Shown in pieces: positions 24,830-34,010 of a stretch of DNA of 42,760 nucleotides; the first letter of the stretch is position 1, and each line of letters starts with the position of its first letter. The stretch is from Polyangiales bacterium (GTDB lineage: Bacteria > Myxococcota_A > Polyangia > Polyangiales > Houyiibacteriaceae). The stretch is from contig JBGCFM010000142.1 in NCBI GenBank assembly GCA_045106895.1, positions 1-42,760 on the forward strand. Direction: 5' to 3'. A program made the position numbers and the translations under genes. A model generated the notes under the pieces. That model was not told the DNA's origin. It saw only the letters and a program-made list of their open reading frames with translations, and searched no databases.

Positions 24830-26344
24830 ATGAACGAACACGGCACAACTCTCCTCGCGATACTCCTGGCTCTCTCCTTCGGCTGCGGTGACGACAGCGC
24901 GAGCTTCGATGGCGGCGCTGATATGAATGACGCCGCTGTACGAGACAGCGCGCCGGACTCGGCGCTTCCCGTCGACGCGGCACAACTCGACGCGGCCATG
25001 CGTGACGCCGCGGTGAGCGATGCCGGGGCGGACGCGGCGCCGACGGACGCAAGCGTGCCTTCATCCAGCAGCTGTGCGGAGCGCAGCGCGGAGATCGCCG
25101 CGGCCACCGGCAACACCATTGAAGTGGAGCCCGCCGGTCCAGGCATGGTGAGCGTGGACGGCTCAACGCGCACTCTTCGAAGCGTTGTTCAAGGTGCGTC
25201 CACTGGCGACACGATCTTGCTTGGGGACGGCGTCTACACCTTCCCAGCCGGCGGCGACGGCGCCTTCACCGGCCTCTACTTCACGACGCCTGGCATCACG
25301 ATGCGCTCGGCGAGCGGCGACGCGGAGAGCGTGATCATCGACTCCGCCTACAATGACCACGGCAACAGCTCCGCAGCGATCACCGTGGCCGCCGCCGATA
25401 CGGTCCTCGCGGACTTCACGGTGCAGCGCTCGGTCTACCACCTCATTCACTTCTGGGCCGAGGGCGATAACGCGACGGTGCACAATGTGACGCTCGTCGA
25501 CGGCGGCCAACAGTTCGTCAAGGCGAGCCCCGGCGGCGATGAGCGTGTGGACGAGGTCGAGATCAGCTGCAGCCGTTTTCTGATGACGGACGCCGGGCGC
25601 GACAATGTCTGGGGCTACGGTTCGGCGGACGGCAACACGACTTGCTACACGGGGGGCATCGATAGCCATGACTCGCGCGACTGGCACATCCACGACAACT
25701 ACTTCGACGGTATCTACTGCACGGCCGATGGCGTGGCGCGACCGGCGCACGGCGTAAATCCTGGAAATCGCGGCGGTCAGACGTATCGTGGCGGTCTCTC
25801 GGAGCACGCGATTCATATGTGGGACAGCGAGGCCGGAAGCGGGCACCTCATCGAGCGCAACCACATCGTCAACTGCGCGCGAGGCATTGGCCTCGGCTTT
25901 CGCGTGGATACCTACGGCACGACGATTCGCAACAATATGATCTTCAGCGAGTTCCCTGGAAGCCGTGAGCATGACGTGGGCATCTCCATCGAGCGCGCCC
26001 ATGACACGTCGATCGTGCACAACACGGTGTTCTACTCGTCGGACAGCGCGTACTCCTCCACCATCGAGTATCGTTATGCGTCGACGACGGACGTGGCGAT
26101 TCAGAACAACCTGACGAACCAGCGCATCCGCTCGCGAAACGACGCCGTCGCGGAGACCTCGGGGAACATCACGGACGCGCGCGCAGAGTGGTTCGCCGAC
26201 GCCGCCGCCGGCGACCTGCACCTCGCTAGTTGCGGCATCACGGAGGTCGTGGACGCCGGCGACGCAGACGTCGCGTCCGACGACTTCGACGGCGCGATGC
26301 GCTCGGGCACGCCGGACATCGGCGCCGACGAGTGCACCGAGTAG
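24830..26344 (+). CDS. Right-handed parallel beta-helix lipoprotein (pectin lyase-like fold)
   Basis: LSFGC lipobox; GDTILLGDGVY; repeated I.DN.F / IERN.I / IRNN.I / IVHNTV / IQNNL rungs; C-terminal GDLHL...VDAG...DFDG..R...PDIGADE. Confidence 0.85.
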   Translation: MNEHGTTLLAILLALSFGCGDDSASFDGGADMNDAAVRDSAPDSALPVDAAQLDAAMRDAAVSDAGADAAPTDASVPSSSSCAERSAEIAAATGNTIEVEPAGPGMVSVDGSTRTLRSVVQGASTGDTILLGDGVYTFPAGGDGAFTGLYFTTPGITMRSASGDAESVIIDSAYNDHGNSSAAITVAAADTVLADFTVQRSVYHLIHFWAEGDNATVHNVTLVDGGQQFVKASPGGDERVDEVEISCSRFLMTDAGRDNVWGYGSADGNTTCYTGGIDSHDSRDWHIHDNYFDGIYCTADGVARPAHGVNPGNRGGQTYRGGLSEHAIHMWDSEAGSGHLIERNHIVNCARGIGLGFRVDTYGTTIRNNMIFSEFPGSREHDVGISIERAHDTSIVHNTVFYSSDSAYSSTIEYRYASTTDVAIQNNLTNQRIRSRNDAVAETSGNITDARAEWFADAAAGDLHLASCGITEVVDAGDADVASDDFDGAMRSGTPDIGADECTE

Positions 26345-26360
26345 AGGGGCTTGGAGCCGG

Positions 26361-26621
26361 TTAGAGCGGAGCGCACCCGAGCCGTGCCACCGCCCCATCG
26401 AGCAGGCGCACCTCTGCCCCATGGAGCGGCGCCTCGTTCGCGCACATACTCAGCGCTTCGCAGGTGAGAGCGGGAGCGCCGGCTTCCCCCTGAAGTGCCG
26501 GCCCGCACTGCCGAAAAGCGTCGCGAGCTTCCCAGGAGGGCGCAGGCGACGAACACGCGAGGGCGCCCCAGAGCGCGGCGGACGATAGAATCGCGAGCCC
26601 CGAGCGTTTGTCGTGTTGCAT
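26361..26621 (-). CDS. Small Cys-containing lipoprotein
   Basis: MQHDKRSGLAILSSAALWGALAC; 86 aa with four further Cys. Confidence 0.6.
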   Translation of the reverse strand: MQHDKRSGLAILSSAALWGALACSSPAPSWEARDAFRQCGPALQGEAGAPALTCEALSMCANEAPLHGAEVRLLDGAVARLGCAPL

Positions 26622-26731
26622 CACGCACGAAATCAACCTCGTCGGGCTGACTATTCCCTGGGGCTTAGGCTTCGCTTCAGCGCAGATCCCTAGAGGTCGC
26701 CGCCAAGCTTCGGTGACCCTAGTCTGTCCGC

Positions 26732-27973
26732 ATGGCCGACGCCGAACTCGCAGCTTCGCAGCTTCTAGGGAGTCGCGCCGAGGCGCTTCGGCGACTTGAG
26801 GCCTTTGTTCCCAAGGCCGCGGAGTACGCGCGACTTCGCAACTACGACCTTGGTCCCGAAGAGTCGCCGGCGGTGAGTGGGCTCTCACCGTATCTTCGCT
26901 ACCGGCTCATCGATGAAACAGAGGTCCTCGCGGCGGTGCGGGGCGCCTTCGAAGGAGGGGGCGTCGACTCCTTCGTTCGCGAAGTGTTCTGGCGCGGGTA
27001 CTTCAAGGGCTGGTTGCAGATGCGGCCGGAGGTTTGGTGCGCCTACAAAGAAGAACGGGACGTGGCGCTCCACGCTATCGAGAGTGACCCGGCCCGTCGC
27101 AACGTCTACGAGTCTGCCTGCGAAGGAAAGACCGGCATCGCGTGCTTCGACGCCTGGAGTGATGAGCTTCGGGCGACGGGCACTCTGCACAACCACGCGC
27201 GCATGTGGTTTGCGTCCATATGGATCTACACGCTGCACTTGCCTTGGACGCTGGGCGCGGATTTTTTCTATCGCAACCTGCTGGATGGCGACCCGGCGTC
27301 GAACACGCTCTCCTGGCGCTGGGTGTGCGGGCTGCACACACGCGGCAAGACCTACCTCGCGCGGCGCGACAATATTCGGAAGTACACGCGTGGCCGTTTC
27401 GATCCCGAAGGCCTGGCGAGTCAAGCGCCTGCGCTGAACGGGCCACCCCTCCCGGCGCCGGACTCGTCGCGCGTGCCGTCGTTTGCGCTCATCGACTCGA
27501 AGGGCGAGGAGCAGGCGCTGCCCTCGCGCTACGTGCTCCTCGTGACACCTGAAGACCTGCTCCCGGAGCGCATCATGGGCCCAGCGCTCTTGGAGGGAGC
27601 TTCCGCGCGCTACGTCCTGTCGGGAGAGCCGTCTCGCTCGCCCTTCGGAAGCGCGGCGCAGGTTCAACGCTTCGTCGCCGGCGCTTGCGAGAGTACGGCG
27701 GAGAGGCTGGATGCGGAGAGGCTGGATGCGCAGATGCTCGAAGCGGCGGATCTCAATGCGCTCCTCAAAGGCGCCACCGTCGTCACTCCCTTCGCGCCGG
27801 TGGGTCCGGTGGCGACGGCGCTTCAGGCTGCGGAGGAGCGAAGCGGCGCACGCGTGCTGCATGCCGTGCGGAGCTATGACCGCGTCGCATGGCCGCACGC
27901 GAGCGCTGGGTTCTTCAAGCTCGGGAAGAAGATCCCATCCATCTTGGAGACGCAGCGGACTCGGCGCTCATAG
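26732..27973 (+). CDS. Photolyase/cryptochrome family protein, FAD domain at the N-terminus (NewPHL-like)
   Basis: YARLRNYD, VSGLSPYLR, FVREVFWRGY, TGIACFDAW, GTLHNHARMWFASIW, LLDGDPASNTLSWRWVCG. Confidence 0.88.
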   Translation: MADAELAASQLLGSRAEALRRLEAFVPKAAEYARLRNYDLGPEESPAVSGLSPYLRYRLIDETEVLAAVRGAFEGGGVDSFVREVFWRGYFKGWLQMRPEVWCAYKEERDVALHAIESDPARRNVYESACEGKTGIACFDAWSDELRATGTLHNHARMWFASIWIYTLHLPWTLGADFFYRNLLDGDPASNTLSWRWVCGLHTRGKTYLARRDNIRKYTRGRFDPEGLASQAPALNGPPLPAPDSSRVPSFALIDSKGEEQALPSRYVLLVTPEDLLPERIMGPALLEGASARYVLSGEPSRSPFGSAAQVQRFVAGACESTAERLDAERLDAQMLEAADLNALLKGATVVTPFAPVGPVATALQAAEERSGARVLHAVRSYDRVAWPHASAGFFKLGKKIPSILETQRTRRS

Positions 27974-27978
27974 CAGAC

Positions 27979-28785
27979 TCAAGGGCGAAGGAGTGAGCTG
28001 GCTAAGCGCAGCTTCTGCGCGGGCATTTGCGGTTCTCCGTCGCCGCAGAACACGAGGCCGAGACCCTCGAGTGCGTCGTGGAGTCCTTTGGCGTTGAGCT
28101 CTTTGAGCACGCGCCGCTCCTGTGTGTAGCTGCAGTGTCCGACGCTCTTGTCCGCGCCGATGGAGCAGAAGCGAGGGCTTCGTCCGCACTTGCTGAGGCA
28201 GGTCATGGACTGAAAGGGGGCGCCGGCGAGGGCGGCGATTTCGTCTGGGTTCGGCGTGTCGCTTCCGCGCATGGGGAGGAACATGATGGAGTCGTTGAGG
28301 ATGCCTGCATCCCAGAGCTGCGCGCGCACCGACGTGGCGGCTTCGAGGCCCGAGCGCCGGACGAGCAAGTTGACGCCGCTGGGGATGCCGAGGCGGCGAA
28401 GCTCGACGACCTGCCGAATCACCCGCGTCACTTCAGGTGCCCGCGACGGATAGTGAATGCTCAGGTGCATCTTCTGCGGCGAGAGCTTTGAGACGCGCGA
28501 GAGCTGTTCATCGAGGAGGAGACCGTTGCTCGTCATCGAGAGAAACACGCGCCCCCGGAGCGCGTCGAAGATGGTCTCGAGTCCCTCATATTGCAGAGGT
28601 TCGCCGCCGCCGATGGAGAGGGCCTTCAGGCCGTGCTCGATGAGAGATTCCGCGAAGGAGACGACCTCGTCCGGGCGCCACGCTTGGTCCGAAGCGGGCT
28701 CGCTCCCGTTGTAGCAAAAGTCGCATGCCTTGGCGCAGAGGCGACTGACCTCCAGGGAGAGGCGCTCGGGGACCGTGAAGCTCAC
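27979..28785 (-). CDS. Radical SAM enzyme with short C-terminal Cys cluster (twitch-like)
   Basis: CAKACDFC (CxxxCxxC), GGGEPL, TSNG, CLSKC...FC...CSY; GTG 28785 overlaps the upstream stop. Confidence 0.9.
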   Translation of the reverse strand: MSFTVPERLSLEVSRLCAKACDFCYNGSEPASDQAWRPDEVVSFAESLIEHGLKALSIGGGEPLQYEGLETIFDALRGRVFLSMTSNGLLLDEQLSRVSKLSPQKMHLSIHYPSRAPEVTRVIRQVVELRRLGIPSGVNLLVRRSGLEAATSVRAQLWDAGILNDSIMFLPMRGSDTPNPDEIAALAGAPFQSMTCLSKCGRSPRFCSIGADKSVGHCSYTQERRVLKELNAKGLHDALEGLGLVFCGDGEPQMPAQKLRLASSLLRP

Positions 28786-29582
28786 CCCTTCAACCAAAAG
28801 ACGAACCACACCAAAAGAAGAAAGGCGACGACGAAGAAGATCACGCCTCGAATCTCGCCTTGCTGTGTTTTAGGCCTTTGGGCTTTCTCGGGTAGGTCTC
28901 CGGTGCGCAGATCGGCTTGGCTCCATGATTCGCAGTCCGCGTTCTCGTAGAAGTCGGCGAGCTGGATGGTCTCTTGCGCCGGAAAGCTCGTGGCCATGTG
29001 TTCGGCGCGTTCGCGGAGCTCGGGGTCTGAGACGGGCTTGCTCATCAGCTTTCCGCTGCGACGGACGTACTCGCCGGGGATCTCCCAGGAGCCATGGGCG
29101 TAGAAGATGATGGGGTAGCGTTCGGAGAGCGTCTCGTCCTCGAACACTTCATCGTAGGTCGGAGCAAATCCAATGAACCCGGGCATCTCGGCGACGCTTG
29201 CATGAAGGGCTTTGTCGGGAAAGAACTCCACGACCCGCCTCTTGCCGTCGGTTTTACCGTCGGTGAAGCGCGCGATGGCGGCCTGCGCTTGCCCGCCGCT
29301 CTCAAAGGCAGCAGCGAAGGGCGCCGTCAGGTCGAGGCCTTCGGTACTCGCTCCTTGCTGACGCGCGAGCCAAGCCATCACGAAGGCCCAGCCGTCTTCG
29401 CCCATCGCGGAGGCTTCGCCGGTCACAAGCTCGGCGGCTGCTGGCATCGCGCCGCCTTCGCCGGTGTCGAAGTGCGCGACGTTTCCCTCGTCGTCCACGG
29501 CGAACCAACCGCTGTCCATGCTGTGGGCGGCCGGGTAGGTCTTTGCATCTTCGGCGGCGTCGTGAAGCCTCTTTGGATCCAT
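28782..29582 (-). CDS. Uncharacterised protein with N-terminal YPAAHSMD..WFAVD motif and C-terminal TM anchor
   Basis: Clean 266-aa ORF coupled to the radical SAM gene; C-terminal GVIFFVVAFLLLVWFVFWLKG. Confidence 0.78.
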   Translation of the reverse strand: MDPKRLHDAAEDAKTYPAAHSMDSGWFAVDDEGNVAHFDTGEGGAMPAAAELVTGEASAMGEDGWAFVMAWLARQQGASTEGLDLTAPFAAAFESGGQAQAAIARFTDGKTDGKRRVVEFFPDKALHASVAEMPGFIGFAPTYDEVFEDETLSERYPIIFYAHGSWEIPGEYVRRSGKLMSKPVSDPELRERAEHMATSFPAQETIQLADFYENADCESWSQADLRTGDLPEKAQRPKTQQGEIRGVIFFVVAFLLLVWFVFWLKG

Positions 29583-29623
29583 CGCGCGAAGGTAGCATTC
29601 TTCGCTGCGCGTCGAGGAGCGCT

Positions 29624-30382
29624 TCAGTGGCAGAGCGGGTCGAGCTGCGCTTCACCCGCGCAGCGGTGCATTCCCTCGGAGAGCGAGACGGAACCGTCGA
29701 GGAGCCCTTCGAGATTGGGGCCAAGGGGAAGAGTGGTCCGCATGAGGGATTGGTCGCGAGTGACCCAAACGATGTCGTCTTGGCGCCAAACGAAGTGTGT
29801 GCGTGTCATGCCCGCCCCCGTCGCCACGCGCGCCACGACGGCGTACGATGCCGCATCCGGCTGGGCTTCTCGAAGGCGCAGGAGCTGCCGAGCGATGTGC
29901 GGCGTCCGGGGCTGTCTGCCTTCCACCAGCGGCGAGGTGCGGACGAGACGCCACGAGCGCCGGTACTCTTCGAAGCCCGTCGGAACGTAGCCAAGGTCGA
30001 CCTCGGCGCGGTGCTCGAGGCGGGTGATGGGCGCGTTGTGGTAGTGCTCTTGCATCTTTGCGAGGACCTCAGCGCGGCGCTCTTCGGTTTCGAGACTCGA
30101 GGAGCTGTAGCGCATGTCCACGGCGCGGACGAGACGCGTCAGGTCGCGTCGCATGGTGGGGAGCTCTCCATGGAACTGCCTCTCGACACGCTCGTCGATG
30201 ATGGCGTCGAGTCTCGCCCGGTCATAGACGCAGTACGCCTCGACGCTCCTGAAACAGTTGTTCTCGTTGGCGATGACCTCTTGGTGGATGACCTCGCGTG
30301 GGTTCTCCACCGCAACATCGGGTGGGCGGTCACAGCCCGCAAGCACCAGCAGACCTACACACCACCAAACGAATCGCCTCAT
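29624..30382 (-). CDS. Hypothetical lipoprotein
   Basis: MRRFVWWCVGLLVLAGC lipobox. Confidence 0.72.
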   Translation of the reverse strand: MRRFVWWCVGLLVLAGCDRPPDVAVENPREVIHQEVIANENNCFRSVEAYCVYDRARLDAIIDERVERQFHGELPTMRRDLTRLVRAVDMRYSSSSLETEERRAEVLAKMQEHYHNAPITRLEHRAEVDLGYVPTGFEEYRRSWRLVRTSPLVEGRQPRTPHIARQLLRLREAQPDAASYAVVARVATGAGMTRTHFVWRQDDIVWVTRDQSLMRTTLPLGPNLEGLLDGSVSLSEGMHRCAGEAQLDPLCH

Positions 30383-30443
30383 GGCTCGCTCTCTAACAAG
30401 AGAGCCCGGGTACCAAAAGGAATGCGCGGGCTCTTTGAAGGCC

Positions 30444-30484
30444 AAAGCACAAAGGCCGCCCTCGTCCGAAAGACAAGGGCGGCC
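30444..30484 (-). terminator. Intrinsic terminator after 30503..31414
   Basis: Minus strand GGCCGCCCTTGTC-TTTCG-GACGAGGGCGGCC followed by TTTGTGCTTT, about 18 nt after the stop. Confidence 0.75.
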
Positions 30485-30502
30485 GCTTCGTACGCCGGGG
30501 CG

Positions 30503-31414
30503 CTACTCCTGCGACGCGAAGGCGGTCTCGATGCTTGCGCTCATTCCGAGGACTGTGCCTTCAACGATGTGTCGGTCGGTTCCTTGAGCGAACACGATGT
30601 AGCCGGGGTCGAGGGCGATGCCGGGCAGGATTTCAAGGAGGTCGTAGTCTTCCCCATCGATGCGCCAGGTGGGTCGGCAGTAGACCGGGCGGCCTTCGGC
30701 GTCCACGGCGTTGGCGACGACGCGGAGGAGCTCGTCGGTGGGGTACTCCTCGGCGAGGGTGATGGACGCGATGGCGTCGACGACGTCGTAGGTGATGGTC
30801 GTCGTGGCATCGCCGGCGCTTAAGACCAGCGTGGACTCGCCGGCCTGAAGGGTGTCGAAGCGGACGGAGTCACCGTTGACGTCGTCTTCCGCGAAGCCGC
30901 CTTCGGCGCTGAGCAGTCCCGCGCCATCGAGGACCTGGCCGTCCGCGTCCTCATAGCGAACGGTGATCCCATAGCCGGTGCCTTGAGCGATGGAGAAGCG
31001 CGAGGGGTCGAAGACGCCATCCTCGATGACGAAACCCGCAACGGCGTCGACGCCGTAGTGCTCCACGGCGATGTGCTCGATGGCGCGTACGCGGAACGAG
31101 TATCGACGAACTTCCGCACCACCGATGCTGTAGATGATCTCGCCGGCTCCAGCTTCGACGGCCGTCGCGTGTATGCCTTCTTCCGTTGTTTCGTCGACGC
31201 GAAGCGCCGTTCCGGTGACCTCGATGGCCGGCGCCCGCGTGTCGCCCTCTGCAACGTGGAACTGGAAGTCGATCTCGGCGCCGACGGCGTAGGAGCCGCT
31301 GACGCCGAGGATGGTGTACTGATCGGAGACGTACTCGTCGGGAAAGATTTGGAGTTCGCTGAGGCCGCAGGCGGAGAGGGTGAGGGCGAGGAGAATAAGC
31401 AGTGGGCGTGTCAT
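30503..31414 (-). CDS. Acidic lipoprotein with probable tandem Ig-like domains
   Basis: MTRPLLILLALTLSAC; beta-rich; GGAAGGA RBS upstream. Confidence 0.8.
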   Translation of the reverse strand: MTRPLLILLALTLSACGLSELQIFPDEYVSDQYTILGVSGSYAVGAEIDFQFHVAEGDTRAPAIEVTGTALRVDETTEEGIHATAVEAGAGEIIYSIGGAEVRRYSFRVRAIEHIAVEHYGVDAVAGFVIEDGVFDPSRFSIAQGTGYGITVRYEDADGQVLDGAGLLSAEGGFAEDDVNGDSVRFDTLQAGESTLVLSAGDATTTITYDVVDAIASITLAEEYPTDELLRVVANAVDAEGRPVYCRPTWRIDGEDYDLLEILPGIALDPGYIVFAQGTDRHIVEGTVLGMSASIETAFASQE

Positions 31415-31609
31415 GGCGTTTGGTCCTTCCAGGGAGTGATGTCCTCAACCAAAGCACTAGCTGTGCCAACCTATATGCATAGGCTCTGGCGGACTCGCTT
31501 GGCTCGCCCTGTGGTTGGGCAGATACAGGTCGAATGAGCTGTGCCAAGTACTTGGCACACCTGTGGCTCACCCCTCGACGCACCACGGAACTCGCCCTAG
31601 CCATCCAGC

Positions 31610-31993
31610 ATGTTCGAGGTTTGCGAGAGCGCCAACGCAAGCGCAGAAAGCGTCTGGGCCATCCTCGCGGATACACGTCGATGGCCCGAGTGGGGCCCTT
31701 CGGTGACGCGCGTCGAGCACGGGCCGAGGATGCTCCATGCACAATCGAGGGGGCGCGTACGCCTGCCGATGGGCGTGTGGCTTCCCTTCCAGGTAACAGA
31801 CTTTGAAGTCGGGCGCAGCTTTCGCTGGAACGTCGCTGGAATTCCGGCCACCGGCCACCGGGTGCTCCCCTTAGGAAGAGGGCGAAGCCGTGTGGTCTTT
31901 GAAGTGCCTGCCTTGGCCGCACCCTACGCGCTGGTTTGCAAGTTCGCGTGCCGAACGATCGTCCGCCTCGCCGAAAGCGAAAATGGCGAGTGA
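31610..31993 (+). CDS. SRPBCC (START/polyketide cyclase-like) family protein
   Basis: ASAESVWAILADTRRWPEWGPSV...VTDFEVGRSFRW. Confidence 0.8.
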   Translation: MFEVCESANASAESVWAILADTRRWPEWGPSVTRVEHGPRMLHAQSRGRVRLPMGVWLPFQVTDFEVGRSFRWNVAGIPATGHRVLPLGRGRSRVVFEVPALAAPYALVCKFACRTIVRLAESENGE

Positions 31994-32043
31994 GCACCGG
32001 TTTCAATGTTTCCAAGTGCGTCGCCGCCTCGTATGTTCCGGCC

Positions 32044-32523
32044 ATGGCCATGGCAACCTACCTCCAGATGGTGACGCTCGAAGAGCTTGCGGCGCTCGAA
32101 GCCGACCCATCGACGATCAACGCGCTCAACCAGGAGACGTCCGTCGCGACGCACTACTGCTGTACGCTAAACTATTTTCTAACGGGCAACGCGTATCCGG
32201 ACGACCACCCTCTCGCGGCACTCATGATGGGCACACGAGTCGTCGACGCGAGCACCCTCGAGAACGGGAACTTTGGTGTGGTCGAGCCAGGCGAGATGGA
32301 GGCGCTTGTGGACGCACTTGGCAAGGTCGACCCCGAAGCGCTTCGCAAGGCCGTCGAGGCAGCCGACTTCGACGAGCTCATCGAAGAAGAAGAGCTCTAC
32401 GAGCTTGAAGTCATGGAGCACAGCGAAGTGCCCGGCGACCTCGTCGAGCTCATCGCGTCGCTGCATGCAATGTATGAAAAGGCCAGCGCTGAGAACGCGG
32501 CCGTCGTCATGTTCACAACGTAG
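32044..32523 (+). CDS. YfbM/DUF1877-like protein
   Basis: MAMATYLQMVTLEEL...LNYFLTG...HPLAALMMG...LHAMYEKASAENAAVV pattern. Confidence 0.7.
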   Translation: MAMATYLQMVTLEELAALEADPSTINALNQETSVATHYCCTLNYFLTGNAYPDDHPLAALMMGTRVVDASTLENGNFGVVEPGEMEALVDALGKVDPEALRKAVEAADFDELIEEEELYELEVMEHSEVPGDLVELIASLHAMYEKASAENAAVVMFTT

Positions 32524-32533
32524 TGACCACGCT

Positions 32534-33400
32534 TTGATCATCGACTCCCACGCACACTTCGAGCCTCGCATGCTGGCGCTTGACGGCGTCATCGACAAAA
32601 TGGACCAGGCGGGCGTCGACCGAATCGTCTTCATCCCTGCCCTCAACGATCCACTTCCGGACATCCCCGAGAAGCTCCTGGCGGTGCTGCGTCAGGCCAT
32701 GAAGCACAAGGCCACGCGTTCCGCCGGTGAGCTCATTCACCGGGCGACGATGCGCAAGGGGGCGGTCTTCATCAATCGTGAGCGATTTGCGATCTACCCG
32801 GCACCGGACAACGCTGCCGTCGCGGAGGTTCTACGTGCGCACCCGGAGCGTTTTCTCGGGTGGATCTTTCTCAACCCCGCGCACGACGCGGGCGTTCTCG
32901 ACACCCTGGAGCGCTGGCGGCAGGAGCCAGGCTTCATCGGGGTGAAGCTGCACCCTCACTGGCATGACTACCGCACGGAGATCTTGGGCCCGCTCCTCCA
33001 GCGATGCGAGGAGCTCGGGTTGCCTGTCCTGATTCATCTCGGCTTTCGAGCGCGCGGCGATTTCCGCTCCATGGCGAGCACCTACCCGCGGCTGAAGATC
33101 ATCGCGGCCCACGCTGGGTTCCCGTTCTACGGAGACCTCTGGCGCTACAAGAACGCTCACCCGAACCTGCATGTTGACCTTTCAAGTCCATACATCGACG
33201 AGACCCTCGCGCGACAAGCCGTGAAAGCGATGGGGCCGGAGCGCTGTCTTTACGGAACGGACGCACCTTACGGCGCCGTGGAAGAAGACGGCTCCTTTGA
33301 CTATCGAACGATTCGCGGCTGGGTGGACCGCATGCCTTGCTCGGGCCGACAGCGCGACGGAATCCTCGGAGCCAACTTCGCCCGGCTCATCGGGCTCTAG
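32534..33400 (+). CDS. Amidohydrolase family (amidohydro_2) metalloenzyme
   Basis: TTG start; IIDSHAH, GVKLHP, VLIHLG, AAHAG, LYGTDAP, ILGANFARL. Confidence 0.9.
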   Translation: MIIDSHAHFEPRMLALDGVIDKMDQAGVDRIVFIPALNDPLPDIPEKLLAVLRQAMKHKATRSAGELIHRATMRKGAVFINRERFAIYPAPDNAAVAEVLRAHPERFLGWIFLNPAHDAGVLDTLERWRQEPGFIGVKLHPHWHDYRTEILGPLLQRCEELGLPVLIHLGFRARGDFRSMASTYPRLKIIAAHAGFPFYGDLWRYKNAHPNLHVDLSSPYIDETLARQAVKAMGPERCLYGTDAPYGAVEEDGSFDYRTIRGWVDRMPCSGRQRDGILGANFARLIGL

Positions 33401-33452
33401 CAGCAACTGTATTCGGTCAGCGCGCGGAAATGAGCTTGGTATTCCAATCGGC

Positions 33453-33884
33453 TCACTGCAGCATTTGGCCCGCGAGGTTCACGGTGGTGACGTACCAGAC
33501 TTCGCCGCGATGATTCAGCGTCAGCGTGACGGGCACGCTGCCCTGCGGTGTCGTGAGGAAGCCGCCCATCGTCGCCACGCCATTGTTCACGGCTCGGTTG
33601 TTGAAGGTCGAGTCCGCTTGCATCGTCAGTGGCGGCAAGAGCGCGAGGGACTGTTGAAACTGCGGAATCGGATGCGTGGCTTGGTATTCCGGGCTCATCA
33701 TCGCGTGCGCTTGGGCGACGCCGCCTGAGCGGAGGTGCGCGAAGAACTCGTGGGATCGATCGGCCGGCTCATCGGTGACGCCCTTGATGAAGAACACACA
33801 GGCGCCGATGCCAATGACCGCGAGGAGCGCCGCGCTGCCACATCCGATGCCTACCCATTTGAGTGCTTTTTTCGTTTCCGTCAT
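33453..33884 (-). CDS. Membrane-anchored NTF2-like small protein (DUF3887/DUF4864-like)
   Basis: N-terminal TM; FFAHLRSG...AHAMMSPEYQ...GEVWYV. Confidence 0.7.
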   Translation of the reverse strand: MTETKKALKWVGIGCGSAALLAVIGIGACVFFIKGVTDEPADRSHEFFAHLRSGGVAQAHAMMSPEYQATHPIPQFQQSLALLPPLTMQADSTFNNRAVNNGVATMGGFLTTPQGSVPVTLTLNHRGEVWYVTTVNLAGQMLQ

Positions 33885-34010
33885 CGTTTCTCCAGGGACA
33901 TGAGCCCTAGAGCAACCTAGCCGAGGTGAGAGCCGCCGCGGGTTACTTCGGGTTACAGCGCTAGGGACATGGCCCTTGCGCGCGGGTGTACACGCTGTTA
34001 GCGCGCATCG

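Noticed and set aside
26732..28785. Radical SAM as a spore photoproduct lyase working with the photolyase
   Set aside because: The genes are convergent, and the enzyme has its CxxxCxxC at the extreme N-terminus, unlike SplB; it is coupled to the upstream gene instead.
29543..30823. 426-aa plus-strand ORF and similar long opposite-strand ORFs (14886..16175, 25163..26422, 16769..17881, 30951..32051)
   Set aside because: High-GC shadow frames over better-supported genes, with no motifs.
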